63,770 nucleotides of DNA from Octopus bimaculoides (Eukaryota). Shown in pieces: positions 1 to 12,185 of the stretch (the first letter of the stretch is position 1; the number at the start of each line of letters is the position of its first letter). The notes below the pieces were generated by a model, which worked only from the letters and a program-made list of their open reading frames with translations, had not been told where the DNA came from and ran no database searches. The stretch lies in assembly GCF_001194135.2 (NCBI RefSeq), contig NC_068991.1, forward strand, positions 43,877,782 through 43,941,551, written 5' to 3'. The position numbers and the translations under genes were made by a program.

Positions 1-21
1 TATATATATATATATATATAT
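1..21. repeat. (TA)n microsatellite
   Basis: Direct reading. Confidence 0.95.
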
Positions 22-112
22 GAAAGGGAGAAAGAGGATAATTTTATAAAAGTGCCCGGAGATAGTAACTTTGAGTTGGCGTATTTTCTAGCTCTGAAGG
101 AGAAGCCGAATC

Positions 113-281
113 CAGGACCGTCTTAGCTGCATTATAAGCCCCAGGGCAAAATCAACGCACTGGATCCTACAATATTTATTTATTAACTGAAAGCCTCAAC
201 ATACATAGATCAGAATTAGGCTCTTAGACCGATGAGGCCTCGGACAACTGTACAGTATGCCCATGCCTTAAGACGGCTCTG
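113..281. mobile_element. hAT-type MITE, 169 bp
   Basis: Imperfect 13-bp TIRs CAGGACCGTCTTA (113-125) / TAAGACGGCTCTG (269-281). Flanking 8-mers GCCGAATC / GCGTAATC match at 6/8, consistent with a decayed 8-bp TSD. Confidence 0.6.
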
Positions 282-991
282 GCGTAATCTTTACGACGCA
301 CATAAGCAACCTTTACTAGTCGAGGGTCTTATAGGATATTGCTCATCATAAATCGTGTCACTAAAAAAAATTAAACAACCTCATGTGTAGTACATAGTTC
401 ACTGTGACACAAAATTTTTGTAAAATGTTACGATTTATGTTACGTGATATTAGGCATACTGTGCCAAAAGTCATACGAAATGTAAGCAGCCCAAGTGTCG
501 CGGGTTGCTCATACCTGCTTTAGGACATTATTTTGACTATTCTATAAGTGTAATCAAGAAAATGGGCATTCTTTCGTTTTTCTTGATGTTGTTATTTACT
601 TAGCCATCCGTTCTGATTGACAAAAGCTACATGAAAGTTCAGTTAAATGTTTATTTGCAACTCATAAATCTCAAATTTAATATATAATATATGTATATAC
701 TTCTAACTACTTAAAACCACACTGCACAATTTAACACACAGATAAAGTGTGTGAGGTGCAATATGACCACCTTTTGTCTCTAGATCTAAGTATGTGGCCA
801 CAATAAATGCAGGTAAAGCGACTTGGTCAGAATGCTCCAAGTTCTTTTCTTTTGAGTGGTTTGCATCCCAGCAAAGACTAATTTTGCAGTTATTTTGGTG
901 TTTTTTTCTAATGTTTGTCATGACCGGATCGTGTTTTAGTAGTTGTTATTATCGTTTACCTCAAAGCCCAATCCCAGTTTAGCAGATCTAG

Positions 992-1781
992 GTACTTTTT
1001 GGTTATCTCACCCCCATTAAAAAGTTGGGTTTATCTCCTCTAACTAAAAAAAAAATTGTTTAACCCTCAATAAAACACAAAAAATGAAAAAAATTAATAA
1101 ACATGAAAAGTGAAAAGATTCAGCATCTTATTGAATGTAATAATATTTTTATGACAGATCATTCAAAACTGAGACATGAAAACTGAAAAAATTAAACATC
1201 TTACTGTATCTTTTACTCTTTTACTTATTTCAGTCATTTGACTGCGGCCATGCTGGAGCACCGCCTTTAGTCGAGCAAATCGATCCCAGGACTTATTCTT
1301 TGTAAGCCTAGTACTTATTCTATCGGTCTCTTTTGCCAAACCGCTAAGTTACGGGTACGTAAACACACCAGCATCGGTTGTCAAGCGATGTTGGGGGAAC
1401 AAACACATATACACACTCATATATAAATATATACATATATACGACAGGCTTCTTTCAGTTTCCGTCTACCAAATCCACTCACAAGGCTATAGTAGAAGAC
1501 ACTTGCCCAAGGTCCCACTGCGTGGGACTGAACCCGGAACCATGTGATTGGTAAGCAAGCTACTTACCACATAGCCACTGCTGCACTAATAACATTTTTA
1601 TAACAAATCATACTGTGCCTATTGAGGAGGCCAAACGTCAACAATGTGTTGAAGTATTGAATCAAAACGATCTGACTTTTTAACTCCAATCTCTTGTCAC
1701 ATTAACTCGATTTTTTAGTGGGGAGTTAACCCAATTTTTTAATGGCAATTTTTTAATGGGGGTGAGATAACCAAAAAGTAC
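992..1781. mobile_element. TIR non-autonomous DNA element (probably TA-flanked) with a nested SINE
   Basis: Perfect 32-bp inverted repeat GTACTTTTTGGTTATCTCACCCCCATTAAAAA (992-1023 vs 1750-1781), extending imperfectly inward to about 55 bp. Confidence 0.7.
1209..1586 (-). mobile_element. SINE family A (tRNA-derived head, CCTTGGGCAAG CORE-like block, internal (TA)n, AAAAGAGT tail)
   Basis: Minus strand reads TGGCTATGTGGTAAG (A box) ... GGTTCAGTCCC (B box) ... CCTTGGGCAAGTG. Highly similar copies at 26.2, 37.0, 38.0, 39.2 and 49.5 kb. Confidence 0.9.
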
Positions 1782-2471
1782 TCAAATCTATGATCAAAAA
1801 TGCTTCTCATCCATGATGGACCCATGTTTTTTTTTAGGCATAGTATACTTAGGGCGACATTATTTAATATGCCCTTCCTTTTCTTAAGATAGTGTGTGAT
1901 TTGACAAAAATTAAGCTGCTCTTAATTTTTGACAGATTGACCACACGGAAGCCCCCTTGTTGGCTCGCGATAATACGGTGCTGTTCTGGAGTGTAGTAGA
2001 TGTGTCTGTGTTTGGGAGTGATTGAATATGTAGTAAAAAGGATTAGAAAGTTGAAACTTGTTATATTGAATTGTGTTCCTTGCATATCGTGTTATATTTT
2101 CATTTAAAGTATTTTTATTTCATTGTATAGATGGTGTGTGCATATGTAGCATTGATGAGGCAAAATGTAATATTATGTGTTCATTGTTATTCTTTGCGGA
2201 ATATAATTTAATGTGAAATTTGATGAGGAGTTTTATTTTAAATAATTTTAAAAAAGTGAAGTTTGTATTATAGAACCGAGAGTGGTCTCGGAGAGGTTAG
2301 TAGCAAAAGGGTTAATGATGGTAGTGGTGTTTATTTTTACATATTGTAATAAAAGAAATCTGTGTTTTATGTGTAAGAAATGTTTATTACAAGTAACCCA
2401 CAGACTAGGGGATCACACACGTAACAAAACACAGCAAAGTGCATAATATATGATTTTTATTATTACATATA

Positions 2472-3269
2472 TAAAGGTAGTGGGGCAGAATGAGTAAGAT
2501 TCACTGCATTTTTAATTTTGAGAAAAAAAAATTTTTTACAAATGTTCACTTCCTTACAAAAACTAAGCAAAAGACCTTCTCTAAATGCATTAAAAACACT
2601 ATAACATATTCAGAAGACTATTTCAGAAAATTATCTCTGTTCACTTTGAGAATATAAAGACAAATTTAGCTGGAGCAAAATGAGTAATACAAGATAAGAT
2701 TAATTTGCCTCTTCAATTCTCCAGAATTACATTTGATAAAAACTCATACAAATTAGTATCCATCCTTAGACATCAGAAAGATCAGAAATGCCACCAAAAA
2801 TTTAAATATTTAGATCAAATGAAAGCGGATCATAGAAAAATGGCGCATGATATGAAATTAATGAAACTCAACCAAATCTAAAAACTTACCATAAAATATA
2901 TGCTATAGCTTTTTCACTATCTGTTGAAGTGACTCTCTTCCCGATATATTTATGCACCATGCAGTTGAAGAGAAGAAATTACTGAAATTAGTCATTACTC
3001 GTTTTTCCCCAATTTAGACATCATTTTTTGAAAATTGAAAATTACAAAATTAGACATTAATATGGGGAAAAATTGACTTGAAATTCAACAGAGAGAAAAA
3101 TATTTATTGTTAAACACCAAAACTTATCCATATAGTTTATTAACAACCTCAATTACAATCGGGTCAAATTTCAAACGATGATACAATACTTGCAATGTAA
3201 TAGTTTCAAACAGGTGGTGGGGAAAAATAACGAGAAATCAGAAATTACTCATTTTGCTCACCGCCCCTA
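2472..3269. mobile_element. Degenerate TIR element, about 800 bp
   Basis: GGTAGTGGGGCAGAATGAGTAA (2476-2497) vs reverse complement of TTACTCATTTTGCTCACCGCCCC (3245-3267). Third motif copy GAGCAAAATGAGTAA near 2675; inner inverted pair near 3000 and 3225. Confidence 0.45.
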
Positions 3270-3637
3270 ATGCAAAGCATCTTGCCGATTGTGATAGCCA
3301 GCAAAATTTGTATTTTGGAAGAGAGGTAATTCAAGTATAATATTTCAGAATAACCTCCCTTAACTTGAATTTTTTTTTTACATGCGTTAAATCATTGATA
3401 CTGTACAGTTCTATATTTAAGAGATGAGGACTTATGTACATTATTTAAATTTGACGGATATTTGTCCTCACCTTGTTTGTTGTTAACACAACGTTTTGGC
3501 TGATATACCCTCCAGCCTTCATCAGGTGTCTTTGGGAAATTTCGAACCTGGGTTCTCATTCCTAAGATATTTTTCTATGTTGTTGTTATTCCACTGCCTG
3601 GAATCGAACTTGGAATCTTGGGGTTAGTAGCCCGCGC

Positions 3638-3792
3638 GGATCTTTGGGGTTTGACGAGCAACATTTTTTTCCCGCGCGGATCTTTGGGTTTGACGGGCAA
3701 CATTTTTTTTGTATGACATATTCTACCAGTGTCCCAAGTTTGAAAGTGTTTCGTTAAGAAAACAAATGTTGCCCGTCAAACCCCAAAGATCC
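3638..3792. mobile_element. Merlin-like MITE nested in the left arm
   Basis: 29-bp TIRs GGATCTTTGGGGTTTGACG(A/G)GCAACATTT, 28/29 match. Perfect 8-bp TSD GCCCGCGC (3630-3637, 3793-3800). GG termini plus 8-bp TSD fit Merlin. Confidence 0.75.
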
Positions 3793-3979
3793 GCCCGCGC
3801 TCTTAACCACTACGTCGTATGCCCGTGGGCCCACGGCGTAGTGGGCTACTAACCACAAGATTCCAAGTTCGATTCCAGGCAGTGACCTGAATAAAAATGA
3901 TAATAATAATAATAACAACAACAACAACAACATAGAAAAATATCTTAGGGATGAGAACCCAGGTTCGAAATTTCCCCAA

Positions 3980-4025
3980 GACACCTGATGAAGGCTGGAG
4001 GGTATATCAGCCAAAACGTTGTGTT
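3980..4025 (+). ncRNA. Minimal type I hammerhead ribozyme motif, G12A (probably inactive)
   Basis: GACAC-CTGATGA-A-GGCTG(loop)CAGCC-AAAA-CGT-T-GTGTT. Stem I 5 bp, stem II 5 bp, palindromic ACGT stem III. The GAAA motif is mutated to AAAA here but intact in the 35.8-kb copies. Confidence 0.65.
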
Positions 4026-4737
4026 AACAACAAACAAGGTGACGACAAATATCCGTCAAATCTAAATAATTGATACTGTATACAATTTTAATCTTATACC
4101 AGTGTCATGTAATGGTAGACAAGTCCTCCGATTTTACTATCCTACTGACTGAATTTCAGCATATAGTATTCCCTTTATCAGCTATGAAAACTGTACTATT
4201 CGTACAAGTTTATTTTATGCATAAGATAATATTTTTCTGAGGTTTAGTTGTGTGACAATTTTGATATCTAATGTCTGGTTGATCTGATATCACGAACATT
4301 TTTAATTTTCGTGTTTTTTTGTTTTGTTTTTTTTACTTGAAATTAACATATAAAGCGCGATAGGTCACGATCATGACCGTCAGGCACAGATCGACAGGCC
4401 ATCGTGGTCCAGATAGATGCATTCAATTTATGGGCGTTTGTTGGGGTCTAATGTCACTCAAATGCTCAGATATCCTTCAGAATGCAAGAGGACTAATAGT
4501 TCAACTAATGACTTTTCAGATAATGTAAAACTTGCTACCCTTATATACTAAGTAGGTATTTTAACTTTTTTGTTTTATGTGTGCATGGGAGTTTCATTTT
4601 CATACAATGTACTCAACAATCCATGCTATGTAAGTGCAAGTCCCAGCGCTTTATGGGTTAAAACTGTTCACCGATCCATTGTTATAAACAAAAGGTTTTA
4701 ACGGGACTGAGGGGAGGAGTCTCATTAAAATTTGTGA

Positions 4738-4964
4738 TTCTTATTTCTTTATTGCCCACAAAGGGCTAAACATAGAGGGGACAAACAAGGGATTAAGTCG
4801 ATTACATCGACCCCAGTGCGTAACTGGTACTTAATTTATCGACTCCGAAAGGATGAAAGGCAGAGTCGACCTCAGCGGAATTTGAACTCAGAACGTAGCG
4901 ACAAACGAAATACCGCAAAGCATTTTGCCCGGCGTGCTAACGTATCTGCCAGCTCACCGCCTTA
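4738..4964 (-). mobile_element. SINE family B (tRNA-like head TAAGGCGGTGAGCTGGCAG; central CTTTCATCCTTTCGGGGTCGATAAA domain), young CpG-rich copy
   Basis: Repeats more than 20 times in the window. The central block resembles the MetaSINE domain as I recall it (unverified). Confidence 0.85.
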
Positions 4965-4996
4965 AAATTTGCAATTCTGTCAGGTCTAACATCATC

Positions 4997-5312
4997 NNNN
5001 NNNNNNNNNNNNNNNNNNNNNNNNNNNNNNNNNNNNNNNNNNNNNNNNNNNNNNNNNNNNNNNNNNNNNNNNNNNNNNNNNNNNNNNNNNNNNNNNNNNN
5101 NNNNNNNNNNNNNNNNNNNNNNNNNNNNNNNNNNNNNNNNNNNNNNNNNNNNNNNNNNNNNNNNNNNNNNNNNNNNNNNNNNNNNNNNNNNNNNNNNNNN
5201 NNNNNNNNNNNNNNNNNNNNNNNNNNNNNNNNNNNNNNNNNNNNNNNNNNNNNNNNNNNNNNNNNNNNNNNNNNNNNNNNNNNNNNNNNNNNNNNNNNNN
5301 NNNNNNNNNNNN
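4997..5312. other. Assembly gap (N). Other gaps: 14284-14847, 31400-31413, 36491-36967, 38340-38349, 40316-40400, 43774-43987, 53653-53662
   Basis: Direct reading. Confidence 0.99.
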
Positions 5313-5317
5313 ATATA

Positions 5318-5520
5318 TTTGCGTGCGTGTGTGTTTCTGTCTGGGTCCCCCACTATCGCTTGACAACCGGTGGTGGTGTGTTTACGTCTCCGTAACTTAA
5401 CGGTTCAGCAAATGAAATCCGATAGAATAAGTATCAGGCTTTTTAAAAAAATGAGAAAACAAGTACAATACGATTCATTTGACTCAAAAATTCTCCAAGA
5501 CGGAGAAACAAGTAAAAGAT
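5318..5520 (+). mobile_element. SINE A 3' half
   Basis: CGCTTGACAACCGG...TTTACGTCTCCGTAACTTA matches the family. Confidence 0.75.
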
Positions 5521-5539
5521 AAATGGTAAAAAAGGTATT

Positions 5540-5935
5540 TAATCTATCTCTCTCTCTCTCTCTCTTTCTTTCACTCTCTCTGTCTCTCATTTGTTCCTTT
5601 ATTTCTCAGTTTCTTTTGTGCACTTCCTTTCTCATCATTTTCAATGTCTTCTTCATATTTTTCTTCTTTGTCAGTCACATTTTATTTATCTCGTTTTTTT
5701 CTTCCTATTTTCCTTTTACTCTTTTTCTCTCCCCCTCTTTCTCACTTGCTTTTGTCTTTCATTTTTTTCATTCTCAGTTTTTCACATTCATCTCTCTGTC
5801 TTTTCTCTCTCACTTTTTCAACACCATACCTCCTACTCTCACTCTCCTGTTTTTCTTTTCTCTCCTTTTTTCTCCTCTTTCTCACCTTGTTCCATCCTCT
5901 CTCTCTCTTTACATCATTCTCACCATTCCAGTAAG
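5540..5935. repeat. Polypyrimidine (CT/T-rich) low-complexity tract
   Basis: Direct reading; explains the spurious F/S/L-rich ORFs. Confidence 0.9.
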
Positions 5936-6620
5936 TGATTAATCCAACTTACTAAGTGTACATTGTTTATGCCTGTCCTATAAATAGCATTTTAAAAATA
6001 GGTTCAGTACAATCGTGAATCTGTTATCATTAAGACCATGCTAGAATGAGCATAAAGAAGCCTTTTTTTCTACAAAACTAATATTGCTGTGAAGGACTTT
6101 CAGCTTAGATGCAATGGATAACTTTTAGAAATCCCTAATCTGGTAATGCAAGTGGGGTGGGGGTGGGAGTATTGCTGGTTCAAGATAAATTCTATAGGAA
6201 TGGAAGTGCTGTCATCAAGGTCTGTCTGAGATTCACATTGAGTAGTGAAGTTGTGTGTATGGGAAGTGCTGTCCTCTAGTAAACTTGTTTAAAGATGCTG
6301 AAAGTAGCAAGCACAGTCTGAATATATGGGCCTACTTTCACCATATATCTGTAGGCCAACGATTAATAACCAGGTGATGGTATTTACTCTAGGTATTCAA
6401 AGTAATTTTGAATATGTAGGGTACATAGATTGGCTTCTTCTCTGGGTACCTTATTACTCATATGTATGCTGTACATATCATCATTTACTTCCACTCATCC
6501 AATTTCTGTGAAAGATGCTCCCAAAATTCCTCAAAAGTTGGAGAGAATAATGAATCCATTACTGCCAATCCATTCACAACTGGATGTGCACACTGGTCTA
6601 TGAGTAAAATGCAAATAGCA

Positions 6621-7007
6621 GTGCTCTTTTGGCGTGTGATCTACAAGGGATCTACAAGTTTCTTTTTATTTTATTTTTCAATTTCTAAATACCCTTGCAT
6701 TTTTACTAAAAACCAGCACTAAATTCACATCATTTCTTAAGAAAAAGAAACGGGCCACTTTGCCGTGTGATCTACAATTTAAAGGGAGATTACTTTGGGT
6801 TACTCTTTAGTTTATTTTGTGTTAGTGCTACTTTCCATGTGATCTACATGAGCAAATTTACTTTGGTGGGTGATCTATGCACTTATTTTAATTATTATAT
6901 GGTTTTCTTATTAAAATAGTAAGAATTTTTTAAAAAATACATTTACAATGCTGTACAAAATAACCTTAAGTTATCTCCCTTGTAGATCACACACCAAAGG
7001 AGCACCC
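6621..7007. mobile_element. MITE with 30-bp TIRs and 8-9-bp TSD
   Basis: GTGCTCTTTTGGCGTGTGATCTACAAGGGA (6621-6650) vs inverse at 6976-7005, 28/30 match. Flanks AAATAGCA / AAATGGCA. Confidence 0.75.
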
Positions 7008-7189
7008 AAATGGCAATCCCATGTGTCTCTGGAGCAAAATTCTCTTCTGAGCATGGAATGAAGATGCACAAGGTGAAAAAGGGCTCTATGAAAACTTTCA
7101 TGAATGAGTAGCAGCACACTACAAGCAGATAGATCAGAAAATCAATGCTGGAAGTCATACTATAATGCCAAGGACATCTATATTACTAA

Positions 7190-7870
7190 ATGCCAGAAGC
7201 TCAACCTGCCACTTGGGAGAGACAGTATGAAGTGAAAATTCACAAGCAGAATGAGCTGGAAGAAGGAACATTCTTTAACACAACAAGCCACATTTGGTGA
7301 TATTGTTTATGCAACCTTGCATAAACACATGTAGAGTAAAATTGCCAAAGGCGAAAGTACTTTCTCATAAATCCAGCTGTTGGTGAGAAATGGATAACAA
7401 TCAGAGGAAGAAATGAGACCTCAAGAAAAAGATGAAAACCACATCAGATTTTGAGATTTTAAGGCTGGAGAAGCTCTGGAAAAAACCCGAAAGCTAGATA
7501 CAGTGCTGTCATCGAAGCAGGCATACTGAGAAGGAGGCAAAGTAAAAATTAAAAGACTCCAGTTTGCTTCTTCAGGGACCCTTTACAATTTGTCAAGAAA
7601 CTATTTGATCAGCTACTGTCTGGGAGACAATGGTTTGTGAAATTCGGGAACAACATCTTTGACCTACTTCTTCACACTGTCCTCAGTTTTAAAAACCAAG
7701 CACATTGTTCTTCATAGGTAACTTTCCTTTCTCTGATTTTTGAATAAGAAAGATTCCAGAAAAGCTGCACCCTTGTTGGTTATGAAAGTTTGCCAAGCAG
7801 ATTTTTTTTCTTGGACAGTTAAATTAATATTCAAAATCTACATGTTGTTAGCAATGCTGGCAAATGAAAA
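7190..7870 (+). mobile_element. HERO-like (RLE clade) non-LTR retrotransposon relic, pre-RT region
   Basis: Frame-broken peptides ATFGDIVYA (7287-7313), KARYSAV...RRRQSK and FFRDPLQFVKKLF (7568-7606) resemble HERO ORF motifs as I recall them. Confidence 0.6.
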
Positions 7871-8369
7871 ACTCTTATCCTTTTCCTTGTTTTATTCATC
7901 TGACTCTGTGTGTGCGTGTGATCATGTTTTTGTGTGCACTGATTGTATAGCTGTGTGCACTGATTGTATAGCTGTTTGTCTTAACACTGAATATTAAAGT
8001 TTGTTTTTTTTTCCAAAAAAGTCGGTTTTTTTCTTGTAAAAGAAATGTTTATATTGTGCTGTATTATAAAATTTGTTTATTTTTTCTTCTGATTACTGTC
8101 TGTAAAAGTGTGTCTTCATTTGAATTTCTAATAGCATATCTAATTACAACAGTGCTACCATCACTCTGGTAAGCATCCCTTCCCACTCCTCCATATGATG
8201 AAGGCATCTTGAGTTTCTAATAACAATGTTTACAAAATATGAAATATGAAGACCTTCTAAGAAACCTTGTCGACCCCATTCACACTTACTATGTTACAAA
8301 TTTTCTTTATAACAACAGTAGTAGTAGTAGTAATTATTTTATTGTTATTATTATTATTATAGACTAATG

Positions 8370-8570
8370 AATCATTAGAACATCAGACAAAATGACTTGT
8401 GATATTCCTTTGGTTCTTTACTTTCTGAATTCAAATCTTGCTGGGGGTCAATTTTACCTTTCATTCCCCTGGGGTCAGTGAAATAAAGTAGCAGTCAAGT
8501 ACTGGGTTTGATAGTATCAACTAACTCCCTCACCTCGAAACTGCTAATTTAGACCATGCACCTAAATTAC
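8370..8570 (+). mobile_element. SINE B, old degenerate copy
   Basis: GAATTCAAATC...TTTCATTCCCCTGGGGTCAG...AAATAAAGTA motif order is preserved. Confidence 0.7.
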
Positions 8571-9539
8571 AAACAATTATAATTGTTGTTGTTGTTGTTG
8601 TTGCCAAGGTTATGGTATGGTAAAGTAATTTAGTTTCTGCTGGTTTTCACTGAAAAATACATTAACATGTAAACTTTGCCTTGTAGGACTTGATAAAATA
8701 AACATTAGCAGAGTTAATTTAATCAATTCTGAAACTTTCCCTCATAAAATAAGAAAGAAAATTAAAAAGTACTTTAAGCCTGATGAATTAAGAAATCATT
8801 ATATTCATAAAAATCAAAAGGAATGCTGTTTCTTTATCTTTCTCAAGTTATTTGTATGATTTATTTATCTCTCAAGCAAGAAAGAAGGGGAAAAAAATAT
8901 AAGGTGAAAGATGGACCTATTCACCTAACATTATTCTATGTTTAGATCTCTATGGTTACAATGCTTTTAATTCACTCAGCTCTTGTATATAACCGAATTC
9001 CTCACTTTTCAGCTCTGCCATTCCTTCTTCCCACCCACTAACCATCATTAAAGAAGATTCTTTTTGCATATGATGATACATGTAACTATTTTATTTCCAG
9101 AGCACTTTTTTTTTTCTTTCTTTACCTTTAATAACTACTTATCTCTTGCAAAGTTTGAAATGGTATATCAAGTAGATTTACCATTTCAAGTGGAATAGTG
9201 TATTCAAGTAGTATATACCATTAACCTATTTTCAGCTTATCTATCTTTGAGAATTGCTCTTCCACTATTCTATAGCAATTAAACACTTCATCCACCACTG
9301 CCCTTCACAGCCATTGTTGCTAAATCTAGCATATTTCCCTCCTTGCAAATAAATGTTATCTTTGACATACACACACAGAGCATAAAAATAATGGTTAGAC
9401 TATGCATTTTATTTTCCTGTGTATAACATGAAAGAGAGGAGTCACACATAAAGACTAATATATACATGTGTCTTATATCAATTCCATACAATAGTTTCTT
9501 GGTGGTGTCCAAACGACATGGGCATTTTTAGAGGACTTG

Positions 9540-9900
9540 TACAGTTGTTGAGGAAGCAAAAGATTTTGTAGTTGGTACTTAGCATTTGAAACTCAGCCCT
9601 GTAATAGATGATGGCCACAATATATCTGGTGATCTTAGCCAATATTTAAGCCAATCATATTTCAAGTGCATTTGTATGGTCATGTGATTCAAATGGAAAT
9701 TTCCACACAGTTTTCTGCCAAAACATGATCATAAAAGAGGACCCATGGGACAAACAGTGCAGAGGAGAGGCTCAAGAGAAGCCAGAGGTCTTGAGAGAAT
9801 GCAGAGGCTTTGTAGAGGATTCCTGGTCAGCCATGCTGCTTGACCTTGGGTTAAAAAGAATCACTTCACCTGCTACACGCACAGAACATTCTCATCTCTC
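9540..9900 (+). mobile_element. HERO-like RLE endonuclease C-terminal relic
   Basis: ORF 9725-9925 contains DPWDK..EAQEK and ECRGFV..S....L.DLGL, resembling the RLE motifs VPWE...EA.ERK and GCRGF...S....L..LG. Confidence 0.5.
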
Positions 9901-10054
9901 ACTTCTCGCCAGCACAAACATATAATGATCTCACCTTGCTAAACACACTTCTGGTATTCAGCAATAGAGCTTTCAGAAATACATCCTTTGTCATGTCAAT
10001 ATGGAAGTAAATGTGATTCATTAAAACTGAATATTGTGGTTGGTTTTATCTTTT

Positions 10055-10390
10055 ATCTTTTACCTGTTTCAGTTATTTGACTGCAGCCATGCTGGGGCAC
10101 TACCTTGAAGAATTTTCAGTCAACTGTATTGACCCCAGTACTTATCTTTTTAAAGTCTGGTACTTATTCTATCAGTGTCTTTTGCTGAACTGCTGAGTTA
10201 TGGAGATGTAAACACACCAGCATCAGCAGTGGTGGTGGAGGTCAAACACACACACACACACACACACTTCCTGTCCGCCAAATCCACTAAAAAAAGGCTT
10301 AGGTCAGTGCTATAGCAGAAGACATGCAGAGTTTGAGAGGTGAGATATGGTAGATGTAACATGAGGAAGGAGGCAACTGAGTGGGGTAGA
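10055..10390 (-). mobile_element. SINE A, degenerate
   Basis: TTTCAGTTATTTGACTGCAGCCATGCTGG...GGTACTTATTCTATC family tail. Confidence 0.75.
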
Positions 10391-11188
10391 AGTAAAGACC
10401 ATTGGAGTATCAATAGGAATGCCAGAGAGAGAGAGAGAGAGAGATGAAATAGTATGTCTGTGAGTTAGTGGTTGTTATGTGCTAGTGAGTGAATCTACCA
10501 ATAAGCCAGATGGGTTTCTTTTGGATACCATTTAGTATGTTAGTGTGTGTGTGTAGCAGCACTATTGTTCCAGATATGTAGACAGAATGCCAACTTGAGT
10601 GCATGCCTACTATAGAGATAGGAAAGTCATGATTATAATTTATTCCTTTGCTCAGTTACAACAATCCTCACACAAAACTAACTGGGACACTCAATGATAA
10701 GCCTTTAACAATTTTTTTTTTTGTATTTTATTAATATAAAACATAGGCAAAACATTGTAAGCTTTTTATGTAATAACACATTACTTTCATTATGAAAATA
10801 TTCTATGTATCCTGTGTACATGTGTATGTGACTTGTGCATGTAAAAGTCTTGCTAAGTATAATTATTTATATTTCATTTATTTGTTCAGTGATTCTTGTG
10901 ATTGAATCAATATATTGCATGAGAATACTTGAGGGTACTGAAGAAATAAAGGTCAAGAGGAGATTTAGCAGGATTTTTCTTCTTTTTTAATGGTTTCACA
11001 CATAGAAGTGGAAATGTCTATGACCTTTGCAGTATTCTTCCCAACCACCTCAAACCAATCAGTTTGAACAGTTGATGTTCACTTTGAACATCTGTAAGGA
11101 CATCTACAGAAAAAACACAGGTGAAGATGGAATTCTAGAAGGTTGATATTTTGAGGGATAAGGATTAAGTATAGAGCTTAGTGTAGAG

Positions 11189-11444
11189 TAGTGGTTCTCA
11201 ATCAGGATCTATATGGCCCTTGGAGGTCCATAAAAGATCTCATTGTTTAAATTTCTGTCCAATAAATTGGTTATAATTATACAATACACAAAATATTTTC
11301 AGAATTTTTTTTAATACAATTTCTGAAAATATTTAATTATAAAAATATATGAAGATTTTTTTTTTAAAACATTGAATGGCTATGAGGGTCCACCCGAGTA
11401 AAATAGGGATCAAAGGGTAAAAAAGAAATGATTGAGAACTGCTG
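11189..11444. mobile_element. hAT (Charlie-type) MITE
   Basis: TIRs TAGTGGTTCTCAA / TTGAGAACTGCTG; 8-bp TSD GTGTAGAG / GTGCAGAG (7/8). Confidence 0.8.
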
Positions 11445-11531
11445 GTGCAGAGTTTAGAGTCAAAACAAAGTGAGACACAAGGATATCAGGTGAGCTTGAG
11501 TGGAGCAGGTATCCAACTAACTACTTTCATA

Positions 11532-12185
<654 letters not shown>

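Larger units (their letters stand above)
3406..4070. mobile_element. Fold-back insertion of a tRNA-headed, hammerhead-bearing, Penelope-tailed non-autonomous element
   Basis: Left arm (minus, 3406-3829) and right arm (plus, 3830-4070) are near-identical inverted copies meeting at palindrome CCGTGGGCCCACGG. Flanked by direct repeat (AT)TGATACTGTA (3394-3405, 4069-4080). Confidence 0.85.

Noticed and set aside
2280-2315. piggyBac-like right end AAAAGGGTTAA (also 46806-46816)
   Set aside because: No convincing matching left end found in the window.
3830-3890. Functional tRNA gene
   Set aside because: Only A/B-box-like remnants; deletions and an insertion disrupt the cloverleaf. Treated as a SINE head.
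4925-5395. Long ORFs spanning N runs (also at 14.2, 36.3, 40.2 and 43.7 kb)
   Set aside because: Artefacts of translating gaps as X.
5523-5942. F/S/L-rich, Y/I-rich, V/C-rich and poly-D ORFs (5.5, 11.6, 44.5, 48.5, 53.5, 54.2 kb)
   Set aside because: Translations of microsatellites and low-complexity tracts.
6060-6600. Possible decayed Penelope RT on the minus strand (KVPREEA)
   Set aside because: Only one weak motif; no supporting order of motifs.
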